IMG/VR virus record: IMGVR_UViG_3300023296_000874
Span: 1 to 64,000 of that record
Direction: 5' to 3' (one strand)
Length of the DNA: 64,000 nucleotides
Notes under the pieces: model-generated
What the model was told of the DNA's origin: nothing
What the model saw: only the letters and a program-made list of their open reading frames with translations
Databases searched by the model: none
Made by a program: the position numbers and the translations under genes
Shown here: positions 34,280 through 43,691 of the stretch, in pieces
Layout of the letters: every line of letters starts with the position of its first letter
How positions within the stretch are numbered: the first letter of the stretch is position 1

Positions 34280-35467
34280 CTACACGGAGAGTTCTGGGCG
34301 CTCACCCTCGGGGATCGCCCTCCAGTGCCTCTTGATGGTAGCTACCAGCGCCGAGTCGTCGAAGTTGGTGTACTTCTCAGGGTAGTCGGCGGCGAGCTTG
34401 TGGAGCCTACCGAGGTACTCAACGGTCTGGTCGTAGAGCTTCCGCGCGGGCGGGCGCTCCCACAGCACGGAGATCTTGCGACGCTCTGCCTCAGAGGTGT
34501 CACCCTCGTCCACCATATCCTCGAGCCGGTCGTACTCCTCGTCGGTGATGATGCGGTTGCCGTCCGCGTCCTCAAGGTCGTGGTCGTAGGCCGTCTCGAC
34601 ATCCACCTCATCGCTCAGGCGGATGAGGCGTGTGGCACCCACAAGGAAGGATGCGTCGTCCTCCTGCCACCCGTGACACTCCTCGTGCTCACCGCTGTTG
34701 CCGATGGGCATGGGTGGCATGGTCATGTCGGTCCAGTCGTAGAACTGCACGAAGTAGGGTCCGCCCCAATGGCATCCTTCAGCCGCAATCATGGTGCCGT
34801 CCTTGTTGGGCGTAGCGTTCACCCAGCAGAAGCCGCCACCGAAGTAGGCTTCGGAAGGGCTGAAGCTGTACTTCTCGTGCGTTGCGAGGTTGATGGACGT
34901 CTGTCCCATGTAGCTCTCGCCGCTGAGCAGCCAGTTCCCATCCTCGCGGTACACCCACTCATGCCACAGGCTCGAGTAGTTCCGGCGCACCTCGTTGACG
35001 TAGAGCCACGTCCCGAGTGCCATCTTGAACACGGTGCCCTTGGTGTAGGCCCAGCATCCGGGCGTGGTCTTGTGGCTGGTGATGACAATCTTGTAGGCAC
35101 CGTCCGGGCTCAGTACCTCCTTGGGGTCATCCGAGGCGTTGGCATCGCTGAAGTAGAAGTCGTTCCACGCGGCGTCGTACTTCTCCTTCTCGTCCTTGCT
35201 GACGATCAGGGTCCAGAGCTCCTTCAGGCTGTCACGCCAAGGGCTTCCGCTACGTGCGGCAGATGCAGCCTCGTACTCCACCCGGCGAGGGTCGTCCTCG
35301 GGGAGGCTGCTGCTGTTGGTGATGCCATTGTCGAAGATGGCAGAGCGAGCGGTGTTGAAGCGCTCGTACTTGGCTTGCGCGTCTGCTCGGCTCTCGAGCT
35401 TGTGCTTGTGGTACTGAGCCAGTGGAAGGCTCATCTTGAAGTCAAAGTGCGGGGTCAGGTTGTCCAT
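34280..35467 (-). CDS. hypothetical protein (395 aa)
   Basis: Long ORF with coding-type codon usage; ACTACGGAG SD. Confidence 0.8.
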   Translation of the reverse strand: MDNLTPHFDFKMSLPLAQYHKHKLESRADAQAKYERFNTARSAIFDNGITNSSSLPEDDPRRVEYEAASAARSGSPWRDSLKELWTLIVSKDEKEKYDAAWNDFYFSDANASDDPKEVLSPDGAYKIVITSHKTTPGCWAYTKGTVFKMALGTWLYVNEVRRNYSSLWHEWVYREDGNWLLSGESYMGQTSINLATHEKYSFSPSEAYFGGGFCWVNATPNKDGTMIAAEGCHWGGPYFVQFYDWTDMTMPPMPIGNSGEHEECHGWQEDDASFLVGATRLIRLSDEVDVETAYDHDLEDADGNRIITDEEYDRLEDMVDEGDTSEAERRKISVLWERPPARKLYDQTVEYLGRLHKLAADYPEKYTNFDDSALVATIKRHWRAIPEGERPELSV

Positions 35468-35550
35468 TAGGATCTCCGTAGTTGGTTGAGTGTTCTCAGC
35501 GTTTTTCGGGTGGAGATCCTCGGGAGGGTCTCGAGCTTAGGTGTGGGGCA

Positions 35551-35847
35551 TCAGTCATCCTCAAACAGCACGAAGGGCTGCCAGTCAGCGGCGTGGAACT
35601 TGGAGTGAAGGGTCTGTTCGTAGCAGGGAGGGCTACAGCGCCCACACCTGCCGCTCGTCACCCACACCTTGTAGACACCAGGCTTGGTGAACTCAAAGTC
35701 GGTGAAGTCTGCGTAGTGGTCAATGCTGCGGAAATCAGCCTTGGAGCTGAAGCGGTAGAGCCGGTGCTCGCCTGTCTGCAAGCTGTCGTTCTCCCAATCT
35801 TCCTCGTCTTCGTTGGTTTCCCACGAGCTGTCGTACAAGGGCTTCAC
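35551..35847 (-). CDS. hypothetical protein
   Basis: GTGA coupling with upstream ORF. Confidence 0.6.
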   Translation of the reverse strand: MKPLYDSSWETNEDEEDWENDSLQTGEHRLYRFSSKADFRSIDHYADFTDFEFTKPGVYKVWVTSGRCGRCSPPCYEQTLHSKFHAADWQPFVLFEDD

Positions 35848-36236
35848 GATGTGCTCCCGTACTTGCGCTGAAGGGTGGCGAGCTGGCTACGCTCACGGCG
35901 CTCCTCGGCTTTCTTCTGGTCAGCCGCACGCTGCTCCCTCTCCTCTTGTGCCTTGCGCTCACGGGCCTCTCTCGCGACGTGAGCACGCTGCATGTCGTGG
36001 TCGAGCAGGTCAGCGATGCTGATGTACTCGGTACGGGTCTCGGGTCCACAACAGGAGCACTGGTACTCCTGAGTGGTCAGCGTGGCTCCACCCTCGTCAA
36101 TCTCGTCGATGTCCCAATAGGCAGGGAACTCACTGTCGACGTCGTGGCGTGTGCGGGTGTAGCTCTGGATGAGAGTGTCGAGATCGGAGGCGGCTTGGAA
36201 CATCGCCTCGAGCTGGGCTTCGGTGTGGATGCTCAC
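35844..36236 (-). CDS. hypothetical protein with CxCC and charged C-terminal helix
   Basis: GTG 36236 in GTGA overlap after GGAGG. Confidence 0.7.
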   Translation of the reverse strand: MSIHTEAQLEAMFQAASDLDTLIQSYTRTRHDVDSEFPAYWDIDEIDEGGATLTTQEYQCSCCGPETRTEYISIADLLDHDMQRAHVAREARERKAQEEREQRAADQKKAEERRERSQLATLQRKYGSTS

Positions 36237-36871
36237 TTCGCACCTCCACTCAGAGCCTGCCGAATGGCCTGGCTGTCGAGATCCTCTTCGAGGAGCATCT
36301 CGAGGCGCTGCATGTTGCCGGGGTTGCCGAGGATCGCGTTGGCGGCTGCTGCCGCTCCAGTACCACAAGCCTCGTTCAACCGGCCACGGAGGGCGTACTC
36401 ATCGTCGCACCCGTCGAGCAACTCCTCGAGCTTGGCGCTCTTCATGGAGGCACGGGCAAGCTGAGCTGCGGTACGTCCGAAGGCTTGGCGCACTTGCTCA
36501 CGGATGAGCTCGCGCATCTCGGTCTTGATCCACTGTTCGTTCGCGATCGTGCTCAAGGAACCCCACCGGCTACCGATCTCTCGGGTCAGCTTGTCCTTGG
36601 CAGCCTTTTCGGCATCCTTCGTGGCTTGGGAGATCGCGTCGGTGGTGGCGGTGTTGATCCGCTTGGTGGCTTCGGCAACGGCCTCCGTGCGGAGGGTGCG
36701 AAGCTCGGAGCGCGCCTCGGAGCTCTCAGCGAGGGTTTCGTTGCGGTAGTCCGCACCGATGTCCTTCTTGAGTTCGTCCCAGAACTGGCGGCTCTTACAG
36801 AGGTTGGCAGAGATGTCGGCGGCAGCGAGAGTTTCGATCTTGTCGCTGTCGAGGGTGAAGTTGGCGTCCAT
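36233..36871 (-). CDS. helical coiled-coil protein with QRLEMLLEED tag near C-terminus
   Basis: 212-aa ORF. Confidence 0.75.
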   Translation of the reverse strand: MDANFTLDSDKIETLAAADISANLCKSRQFWDELKKDIGADYRNETLAESSEARSELRTLRTEAVAEATKRINTATTDAISQATKDAEKAAKDKLTREIGSRWGSLSTIANEQWIKTEMRELIREQVRQAFGRTAAQLARASMKSAKLEELLDGCDDEYALRGRLNEACGTGAAAAANAILGNPGNMQRLEMLLEEDLDSQAIRQALSGGAK

Positions 36872-36951
36872 TTTGAAGTATCCGTAGTAGTGAGTGAAGG
36901 TGTAGCTTGTGAAAACTGCACGATCCTCTACGGAGGCTTCTTGTGGGGTCC

Positions 36952-36975
36952 TTACGTCTCTGCGATCCGGGTCAT
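36952..36975 (-). other. 7-codon upstream mini-ORF MTRIAET
   Basis: AAGAGG SD, ATG 36975, TAA 36952; lies between promoter motif and ATG 36871. Confidence 0.45.
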
Positions 36976-37002
36976 TGGTCTGCCTCTTGTTGTGTCCCCT
37001 CT

Positions 37003-37030
37003 AACGGGGAGCGGCACTCAGAAGTTAGAG
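37003..37030 (-). promoter_or_regulatory. putative phage promoter CTCTAAC-N17-CGTT, palindromic
   Basis: CCTCTAAC/GTTAGAGG inverted repeat spans the motif. Confidence 0.7.
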
Positions 37031-37054
37031 GCCGTTCACGAAGTTCGAACTCTT

Positions 37055-37309
37055 TCAGGGTAGCGCGGCGATCTCTTCATCGTTCAGGAAGAGGCTGCAC
37101 CCGTCAGAGTCCCACCCGAGCTTCCGAAGCGCCTCTTCGGTCTCAAGGTGGATGGTCACACGGTCCTCAAGAGAGCCACCCGCTATGAAGGCGTGGATCC
37201 TGTCGGAGTGTTGGCCCGCGTCGGAAGGGTCGTCGGGGTCGCGCTGAACGCACTCCGCTCCAATGCCTTCCTTGCACCGTGGGCAAGCAATGTGGTCTGA
37301 AATCGGCAT
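37055..37309 (-). CDS. small Cys/His hypothetical protein
   Basis: CPRC...C...H; abuts 37310. Confidence 0.65.
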   Translation of the reverse strand: MPISDHIACPRCKEGIGAECVQRDPDDPSDAGQHSDRIHAFIAGGSLEDRVTIHLETEEALRKLGWDSDGCSLFLNDEEIAALP

Positions 37310-37531
37310 CTATCCCTCAGCCACCGCGCCACTGATGAGCACGATGGGACACAGGTTGCACTGCTTGATGTTCACTATGTCACCTTCAGGCCCGAAGTTG
37401 ATCTCCCAGCGAGTGCCCGTGGGCTCCGCTACGACACGACGTTGGCTGATGGCGCTGAAGTGGTGTACGCCGGTCCGCTTGAGTTCTTCGGCGGTCCAGT
37501 GATGGCCGCATCCTTGGCATGTAGTGGTCAT
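37310..37531 (-). CDS. small Zn-finger-like protein
   Basis: CQGC...CNLC. Confidence 0.65.
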   Translation of the reverse strand: MTTTCQGCGHHWTAEELKRTGVHHFSAISQRRVVAEPTGTRWEINFGPEGDIVNIKQCNLCPIVLISGAVAEG

Positions 37532-37549
37532 GGTCTCTCAAACAAGCTG

Positions 37550-37822
37550 TCAGGCTGAAGGTTGCGTGCCGCCCGGCTTTTCTTGCTCCACCAGCTTGTA
37601 GTGCTTCATGTTCGTCATGAAGTTGTTGTAGAGAGCCCAGTTGTCCTGCTTGGACTTGATAAGGGTTCGCTCTTTCATCCGCTTGATCAAACCGGCAATC
37701 TCGGGCCTTGTGAGTGGCCGGTCGAAGTGCGTCTGCGCCGCCATGACGTTTCCGAAGATGATGGCGTTGATTGAGCGTGCTGATTTGAACGGCGACGGGC
37801 CGCTGATCCAGAAGGTTTTCAT
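37550..37822 (-). CDS. stand-alone copy of the repeat domain of 37901..39652
   Basis: FWISGPSPFK...INAIIF...LTRPEI...IKSKQ...LYNNFMTNMKHY aligns with the repeats. Confidence 0.7.
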   Translation of the reverse strand: MKTFWISGPSPFKSARSINAIIFGNVMAAQTHFDRPLTRPEIAGLIKRMKERTLIKSKQDNWALYNNFMTNMKHYKLVEQEKPGGTQPSA

Positions 37823-37900
37823 CGTTTTCTACTCCCTGTTGGTCGTAGAACGTGTGAACCTCCATGAGATCGGCGAACCCGGTTCGCGGTCATACTGGTT

Positions 37901-39652
37901 TCAGGCTGCAGCCGCCGCCACACACTGCTCGGGGTACCACTTGCGGAGCGTGTTGAGGAACTGGTAGCTGAGTTGGTCAGCGGGGCGTCGGCTCTTCGCC
38001 ATGCCGGAGGCAACCACCGCAGCGGCAATCCGCTCCACGTCGGCTTCCGTCCACGCGCCTTGGGTCACGAGGGTCACCCAGATGCTGTGGTTGATGCCGC
38101 GCCTGTAGGGGTTCTCACCCTTCAGGAGGTAGGAGGCAGAGGCCGGGTCAACAGCCGCAACGGGCGGGGCAGCAACCGGCTTGTCGCCGTCCACTTCCTT
38201 GTAGAGGCCCGCGTAGTCCTTGAGGTTGTTGTAGAACTGGTACCCGATCTGGTCAGCGGGTCGCCGGGTCTTGATCGTGCCCGCGTCAATCAACTGCTGA
38301 GTCACCGCGTCCACGTCGTCCCGTGTCCACGTACCCAGCGCAACCAACGCAGCCCAGATGCTGAAGTTGATGCCCCGTCGGTACGGGCTCGCTCCACAGA
38401 AGGCGTAGCGCACGGGCGTCGGCACGTTCACCGCGAGGCCTGTGATCACGGTCGCACGGGTCACCGCTGCTGCAACCACGTCACCCGGCATCACCGGGTT
38501 CTCTTCGGCACGCTCGATGGCCTTGTAGCCACGGGCGGTCTCGATGAACCCCCAGGCAATGCCGTCAGCCGGGCGTCGGGATTTGATCGCGCCGCTGTCG
38601 AGCAGTGCGTCCACCGTGGTCAGGAGGTCGTTGAAGTCGAAGGTGCCACGGGTCACGAGGGCGTCGTAGATGGGGTGGCTACCTGCCCAATGCTTGTACG
38701 GGTTCGGGATGCCTACGAAGCGGTAGCGTGTGCGCGCAGCGTGCTGAACTGCGCGGCCCCCTCGGGTATTACCGTTGGGGGCCGCTGTCTCTCCGATTGC
38801 TTCCTTCTCAAGTGCCACTGCCACGAAGGTTCCAGCTACCTCTTCGGGGCTGCGGCGGGAGGCGAACTTGCCTTGATCCATCAGTCGCCCGGTGATCACC
38901 ACAATCTCCCGCATCGTCACTGGGTTCCCGATGGCGTTCAGGGTGTCCCACAACACGTAGCACGAGCCTCGCTGGAAGGGGTTGTCGCCCTTCACGAGGT
39001 ACACCGGGCCGACGGAGGTGCTTGTGCGCTTCCGCTTGCTCGGCTTGGCTCCGTCCCTGGTCACCGCGAGGTACTCGGTGATGAGGGCGTGGAGGCTCTT
39101 CACGCGGTAGTGGATGGTCTCCTTGCGCTTGCCGATGATCCGGCTGATGTCTGCCGGGCGGTAGCCCATGGTCCGCAGGATGAAGGTGGGGAGGAACGCG
39201 GGCTTGCGCTCCGCGATGTACCGAATGAGATCCGATTCCACCACCTCTGCCGGAATGCTGAGCTCCGAGAGGTTGCTGGTCTGCTGCAACCGGTCGAGGT
39301 CCACCGTGCCGCGAGCGGGCTCGGAGTCGTCCGAGGGCACCGAGAGGCTCATGGCGTTGGTGTTGGCGTCCCGGTTGTCCTTCTTCCAGCCGTTCACGAG
39401 GCAGTTCCGGATGGTCGTACCGAGGTACGAACGGAACTGACGCGGAGTCATCAGCCCCGCATCTACCTTCTCCTTCACACGGGGGAAGAAGTTGGACGCC
39501 ATGCAGTGAATGATGATGTCCTGGAACTTGTCGTCGATGTCCTCTTCGGGAACCTTCTGTCCACGCAGTCCACCGATGATGTACTTGCGGAATGCCATGA
39601 GCTGGTTGACGTCCGTCGGGACGAAGTCCGTCTCGGTGTGTGTGCGTGCCAT
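37901..39652 (-). CDS. ECF sigma70-like factor fused to four ~70-aa repeats
   Basis: Region 2-like DDKFQDIII...FRSYLGTTIRNCLVNGWKK; region 4 HTH GYRPADISRIIGKRKETIHYRVKSL; four G-x-[NS]P[YF]...[KA][ST]RR[PS] repeats. Confidence 0.75.
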   Translation of the reverse strand: MARTHTETDFVPTDVNQLMAFRKYIIGGLRGQKVPEEDIDDKFQDIIIHCMASNFFPRVKEKVDAGLMTPRQFRSYLGTTIRNCLVNGWKKDNRDANTNAMSLSVPSDDSEPARGTVDLDRLQQTSNLSELSIPAEVVESDLIRYIAERKPAFLPTFILRTMGYRPADISRIIGKRKETIHYRVKSLHALITEYLAVTRDGAKPSKRKRTSTSVGPVYLVKGDNPFQRGSCYVLWDTLNAIGNPVTMREIVVITGRLMDQGKFASRRSPEEVAGTFVAVALEKEAIGETAAPNGNTRGGRAVQHAARTRYRFVGIPNPYKHWAGSHPIYDALVTRGTFDFNDLLTTVDALLDSGAIKSRRPADGIAWGFIETARGYKAIERAEENPVMPGDVVAAAVTRATVITGLAVNVPTPVRYAFCGASPYRRGINFSIWAALVALGTWTRDDVDAVTQQLIDAGTIKTRRPADQIGYQFYNNLKDYAGLYKEVDGDKPVAAPPVAAVDPASASYLLKGENPYRRGINHSIWVTLVTQGAWTEADVERIAAAVVASGMAKSRRPADQLSYQFLNTLRKWYPEQCVAAAAA

Positions 39653-39688
39653 TGAATCTGTACCCCTTTTTCGGTCTTGTCACAGCGT

Positions 39689-39717
39689 AACGAACTGAGC
39701 CTACGAGAAACTCAGAG
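39689..39717 (-). promoter_or_regulatory. putative phage promoter CTCTGAG-N18-CGTT upstream of the sigma-like gene
   Basis: Same motif with 18-nt spacer. Confidence 0.6.
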
Positions 39718-39815
39718 CCTTTATTGCCCAACCACAGGCATCGTCACACAGGTTTGTCGGGTGGCGCAGTATTGTAACGGCATGACCCGTTTCACAAAAG
39801 CGCATTCTATGAAGT

Positions 39816-40055
39816 CTACTGAAGTTTCACCCCTTGTGCAACCCAAAAACCGGCACGCCAGTTCTCGATGGACAGGGCCTTGATCTCTCTGCCTGTCTCG
39901 AGTGGGAAGTCCAAGCCGTCCGCAAGCAATGTGGGCACGAATACCCGGTAGAGCTTGGTGAAGGATTGAAGGTTCAGGAACACACCATCGTCGGCGGAAT
40001 CTACCTTGACGATGTTGCCCTTGATTTCGATCGGGTTCGAGTGCTTGGTTGGCAT
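39816..40055 (-). CDS. small hypothetical protein (OB-fold-like beta pattern)
   Basis: 79-aa ORF abutting 40056. Confidence 0.55.
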   Translation of the reverse strand: MPTKHSNPIEIKGNIVKVDSADDGVFLNLQSFTKLYRVFVPTLLADGLDFPLETGREIKALSIENWRAGFWVAQGVKLQ

Positions 40056-40937
40056 TCAGTCGTTCTCCACTACGTTGAGCCTGCCCAGCGCAGCCTTCTT
40101 CTTACCCTCTTCGAGGATCCGCGCCTTTTCGATGTTGGCGGGAGCTGCGTAGCAGTAGGTGCAGGCGTGTGGGCAGGCAAGTGATGTCTGGGTAGCTACC
40201 TCAATGGCGGCTGAGCAACGGCAGTCGTCAACCTTGGGGTGCATCAGCCCCAGGTTGTCTATACCATAGATCTGGTCGATCCAGTAGGCGTTGACACACG
40301 TAGCCGGTCCAAAGTTGTCCGCAACTCCCCTGAAGGAGTCGTCGTCCCAGCACCCGAGGAGCATCATGTCGTGCTTGTCGAGGATGGCGCACATCTGCCG
40401 CAAGATCTCCCGGCGCTCGTTTTCGTCACGGGTCTCGGGGATCGCGGTCTCGCTGTGGAGGAAGCTGAAGTAGCACTCCCGCACGCCCAGGTCGGCCATG
40501 AATTGAGCCACCCGCTCGAACTCGCTCCAGTCAGCAGGCACGGGGGAGTAGCGCCACTGCATCTTCTCGACGCCGTACTCTGCCACCATGTCAGCGAAGC
40601 ACTGGAGCTGAATGTCCAGCGCAGGCACCTTGAGCTCGGTGGAGGGGTCGCCGCAGATGGTCATCGCAAAGAACTGTCGGTAGTTCGCGTCCAGCTCGGC
40701 GCGTCGTGGGTTCTTGAGGAAGCGTCGGTAGTCCTTGGAGTACCAGAACAGGGAGTGCATGTCCTCGGGAGCGAGGCTCCACCGTGCGGGCATCCCAGTC
40801 TGAGGGTGTGGCGCGTCGATGTACCCACGGTCCAACCACCGGAAGAATCGCTTCATCCAGAAGGCGGGGATGTCGGTGTTGCGGCTCAAAGTGATGGGGA
40901 ATCCCCACTCGAGCGGCTTCAGGATTTCGGTTGACAT
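40056..40937 (-). CDS. DUF1848-like protein (radical-SAM/photolyase-related)
   Basis: ITLSRNTDIPAF, FWYSKD, QWRYSP, CPHACTYCYA. Confidence 0.8.
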   Translation of the reverse strand: MSTEILKPLEWGFPITLSRNTDIPAFWMKRFFRWLDRGYIDAPHPQTGMPARWSLAPEDMHSLFWYSKDYRRFLKNPRRAELDANYRQFFAMTICGDPSTELKVPALDIQLQCFADMVAEYGVEKMQWRYSPVPADWSEFERVAQFMADLGVRECYFSFLHSETAIPETRDENERREILRQMCAILDKHDMMLLGCWDDDSFRGVADNFGPATCVNAYWIDQIYGIDNLGLMHPKVDDCRCSAAIEVATQTSLACPHACTYCYAAPANIEKARILEEGKKKAALGRLNVVEND

Positions 40938-40959
40938 GGCACCTCCGTTACCTCATGAT

Positions 40960-40987
40960 AACGTACCCAAGGGGGAGGTACTCAGAG
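40960..40987 (-). promoter_or_regulatory. putative phage promoter CTCTGAG-N17-CGTT
   Basis: Motif upstream of ATG 40937; TACCTC/GAGGTA inverted repeat. Confidence 0.7.
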
Positions 40988-41197
40988 GCTTTTCACGATT
41001 TCAAGTAGAAGAAGCACGGTGGCTCCTACACCTATTACCACGAACACGGCGGCGAACAGGAACCTGCCCCGTTTCTCCTTGGCGATCTCCTCATGGAACA
41101 TCGCGTCGGTGATGTAGCCGTTGGCGGTGTTACCGAGCTCATCGAGCTGTCGCTTAACGGCCCGGTCCCAGCACCCTTGGTAGCCTCGGGCTTCCAT
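40982..41197 (-). CDS. small C-terminally anchored membrane protein
   Basis: Hydrophobic C-terminal helix; TAATG coupling. Confidence 0.6.
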   Translation of the reverse strand: MEARGYQGCWDRAVKRQLDELGNTANGYITDAMFHEEIAKEKRGRFLFAAVFVVIGVGATVLLLLEIVKSL

Positions 41198-41775
41198 TAT
41201 ACCGTCATCATCGCGAGGATTGCCATGCCGTCACGCACGATGTCCCCGTGGTCGAAGCCGAAGATGATCTTGCCGGAGCGGATGTCCTCCTCATGGATCC
41301 AGGCGGTCCAGAAGGCGTCGTCGTCTCCCCGAGCCTTGCGGGCCTCAGCGGGCGTCACACGGCAGCAGTAGGCGAGGCTGACAACGTGGCGGCGGGGGTC
41401 ACGGTCGGTGGCTCCGTACACGTCGATGAGCGTCATGAAGTCCCGCTCGAGGCCGGTCTCTTCCTTGAGCTCGCGCGGGGCACAGTCCTTGGGGTCCTCG
41501 CCGTAGTCCACGAACCCGCCCGGAGTGCAGACGAAGCCGTCGGTGTGGCAGTAGGGAGGGTTCGCACGCCCGATGAGCAGGAAGTGTCGTCCCGCGCGGG
41601 TGGGAGCGGGGCCACGACGGTCCACCATCGTGTCGCCCAGCAGAGCGCGTCCCTCTTCCTGCCAGCCCTCCCAGTTGGGCAGGTCGTCCTCGGGGATGTC
41701 GGTAGCGACGAGGATGTCGGTGCAGAGGCTGGAGGTGCGGTAGGTCGGAGCTTCGAGCTGTTCAACGGTTGGCAT
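41197..41775 (-). CDS. NUDIX hydrolase (ADP-ribose pyrophosphatase/NrtR-like)
   Basis: PGGFVDYGED...RELKEETGL, VYGATDRDPRRHVVSLAY. Confidence 0.85.
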   Translation of the reverse strand: MPTVEQLEAPTYRTSSLCTDILVATDIPEDDLPNWEGWQEEGRALLGDTMVDRRGPAPTRAGRHFLLIGRANPPYCHTDGFVCTPGGFVDYGEDPKDCAPRELKEETGLERDFMTLIDVYGATDRDPRRHVVSLAYCCRVTPAEARKARGDDDAFWTAWIHEEDIRSGKIIFGFDHGDIVRDGMAILAMMTV

Positions 41776-42316
41776 TGTAGTCCTTGATGTTCAGGTTCTT
41801 CTGGTCGAAGATGTGTGCGTAGGGGCTGTCAGGCGGTAGGGCTTGAGCCTTGATTGATGCTGCCTTGAAGGCTCTCTCCATGTGGGAGCTCTCGTCGAGC
41901 GCATCGGAGCAGAGTACAAGGATGAAGCGGTCCGTCAGGGGGATACCAGGGCGTGCGGGGATCGCGGCCCACATCTGGAGGAAGGTGCGAGCACTGAGCG
42001 TCCGGAAGAGGGTCTCCTGATGGTAGTACCCCATGTCCATTTCCATGTAGTCGCTCTTGCGGAGGCTCGGGGCCGCATCAATACCCTTGGTCTTGAAGTC
42101 CTTCAGGGTGAAGTCGGCCGTCGGAATGTAGTGGGCTTGAGTCCGGTACTGATGCCAACTACGAGAGCTTGAAACCTCCATGCTCTCGGTGTCGAGGCTG
42201 TGCGAGGTGGTTGTCCACCGCATTTCACCCCACACCATCTCTTCACGGCTGATCCAGATGTTGAGCCACCGTCCGTCAAGGGACGCACTCCTACCTCGAT
42301 ACACACTCGAACCCAT
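41762..42316 (-). CDS. hypothetical protein
   Basis: 184-aa ORF, AGGAGG SD. Confidence 0.65.
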   Translation of the reverse strand: MGSSVYRGRSASLDGRWLNIWISREEMVWGEMRWTTTSHSLDTESMEVSSSRSWHQYRTQAHYIPTADFTLKDFKTKGIDAAPSLRKSDYMEMDMGYYHQETLFRTLSARTFLQMWAAIPARPGIPLTDRFILVLCSDALDESSHMERAFKAASIKAQALPPDSPYAHIFDQKNLNIKDYNANR

Positions 42317-42328
42317 GTTCCTGGCCTC

Positions 42329-43228
42329 CTATGACCCACTAACGAGGCTGATGCCGAATTCCTCAACTGCAATCTCAGAGTTTGCCGGGGTGCCAGGTCC
42401 GCCACCGCCGATGCGGAACACTGCCTGCCCCATCACACGGGAGCCGAGCATCACCCTGACGCCCCAGTTGCCGGGCTCCGAGGATGGGAAGTGGTCTTCC
42501 ACCATCACCTTGTAGCCAGCAAGGCGAGCAAGCGGTCCGGTCTCGGTGTAGTAGATCCCGCCCGAACCGGGTCGGTGAATCTCCATTGAGAACTCGATGC
42601 CGTCCGTGTCGAAGTCATCAGGGATGTCAGGCCACAGCACCGCAATGCAGAAGTCCTCCACATCGGGGCCGTACATCGGCTCCTCATTCGGAGGTCCGGG
42701 CTGGATGGCGATGCACCCCAGCCGGTCCAGCACTCCATCAGCTTCTGCAAACCGGATGTCCACCCGTCCGAGGGATTCGGCCAACCACTCCACGCTGAGC
42801 TCAAGCTCGAAGTCGGAGGTGTGGAGCAGGCTCATGTCCGTGGCGTCCAACAGCGTCGCCGTCCACGTCCCGTGCTTCTGAGTGATGTCGGTCACCGGAA
42901 TGACCACGTTCCGCTCGGCCACCTTCGCGCCATACACACCATCACTGTCGGAGTGGGTGAGGAACACGATGTAGGTGGTGTCCGTGTTGTTGAGGATCTC
43001 CACATGCACGCCATCGGGCGTGGGAGTGGTAGTCACGCGCAAGGACTCGTGCCGTGTCTGCGCTGGCTTGGGAGCCGGGGCCGGTGTCCGCCCGTCAGCA
43101 ACAGGGGCGACAGGCGCGGGTTCTGGGGCCGCTGTGGGCACGTCCACGTCAAGGTCAATCTCTACCTTGACCTTGCGGGGGCGGACTGCGCCAGGGCGGA
43201 CGGGAGTGCGGGAATTCCACTTGGGCAT
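42329..43228 (-). CDS. beta-rich hypothetical protein with Pro/Ala linker
   Basis: ATG 43228 after AAAGAGG SD. Confidence 0.7.
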   Translation of the reverse strand: MPKWNSRTPVRPGAVRPRKVKVEIDLDVDVPTAAPEPAPVAPVADGRTPAPAPKPAQTRHESLRVTTTPTPDGVHVEILNNTDTTYIVFLTHSDSDGVYGAKVAERNVVIPVTDITQKHGTWTATLLDATDMSLLHTSDFELELSVEWLAESLGRVDIRFAEADGVLDRLGCIAIQPGPPNEEPMYGPDVEDFCIAVLWPDIPDDFDTDGIEFSMEIHRPGSGGIYYTETGPLARLAGYKVMVEDHFPSSEPGNWGVRVMLGSRVMGQAVFRIGGGGPGTPANSEIAVEEFGISLVSGS

Positions 43229-43295
43229 TGTTGGTCCTCTTTCAGTCAAAAGACAAAGCTGGACCAAGAAAGGGCGAGGAGTTCGAAACCCTCAC

Positions 43296-43691
43296 CTACG
43301 CTTCAAGAAGCAGCTCGATCCGGTCCACGTCAGTTTCGTTCCACGGGTTGATGTCCACGTCTTGAATCAGACGCCACCTACGCGGAGGCCAGTTGGTGGC
43401 GACACGTCCATAGTCGCAGCCACCTTCATCGTTGCGCTCAAACGTGTAGATGTTCCGGGCGGTTACGCACGCTCCAGTCCGATAGGACCCAGAGGGAGCC
43501 ACGTGAGTCACAATGCCGTAGCCTTCACCGTATCCGGTCCCCATGAACCACATCTGTCCGGGGCGGGGTAGGTCGGTGAACTCAGGAGCGCGGGAGCAGA
43601 GCTCGAACCTCTCTTGAGGCATGGCGTCCCGGTGCTTGTTGCAGAACACACAGGTCCAATCTGTCGATCGGATGTGGTGGGGTCCTCTCAT
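43296..43691 (-). CDS. hypothetical protein with terminal DRIELLLEA tag
   Basis: CxxC...C then SH3-like region; ATGA coupling. Confidence 0.7.
   Translation of the reverse strand: MRGPHHIRSTDWTCVFCNKHRDAMPQERFELCSRAPEFTDLPRPGQMWFMGTGYGEGYGIVTHVAPSGSYRTGACVTARNIYTFERNDEGGCDYGRVATNWPPRRWRLIQDVDINPWNETDVDRIELLLEA

Noticed and set aside
33722-35470. 582-aa plus-strand ORF
   Set aside because: Antisense shadow of 33815 and 34280; V/L/G/H-rich composition typical of the reverse frame of GC-rich genes; no motifs or SD
37973-39655. 560-aa plus-strand ORF
   Set aside because: Antisense shadow of the sigma-like gene
39745-39815. GGGTGGCGCAGT resembling a tRNA 5' end
   Set aside because: No T-arm or paired stems follow
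43274-43294. GTTCGAAA T-loop-like sequence
   Set aside because: No D-arm, anticodon arm or acceptor stem around it
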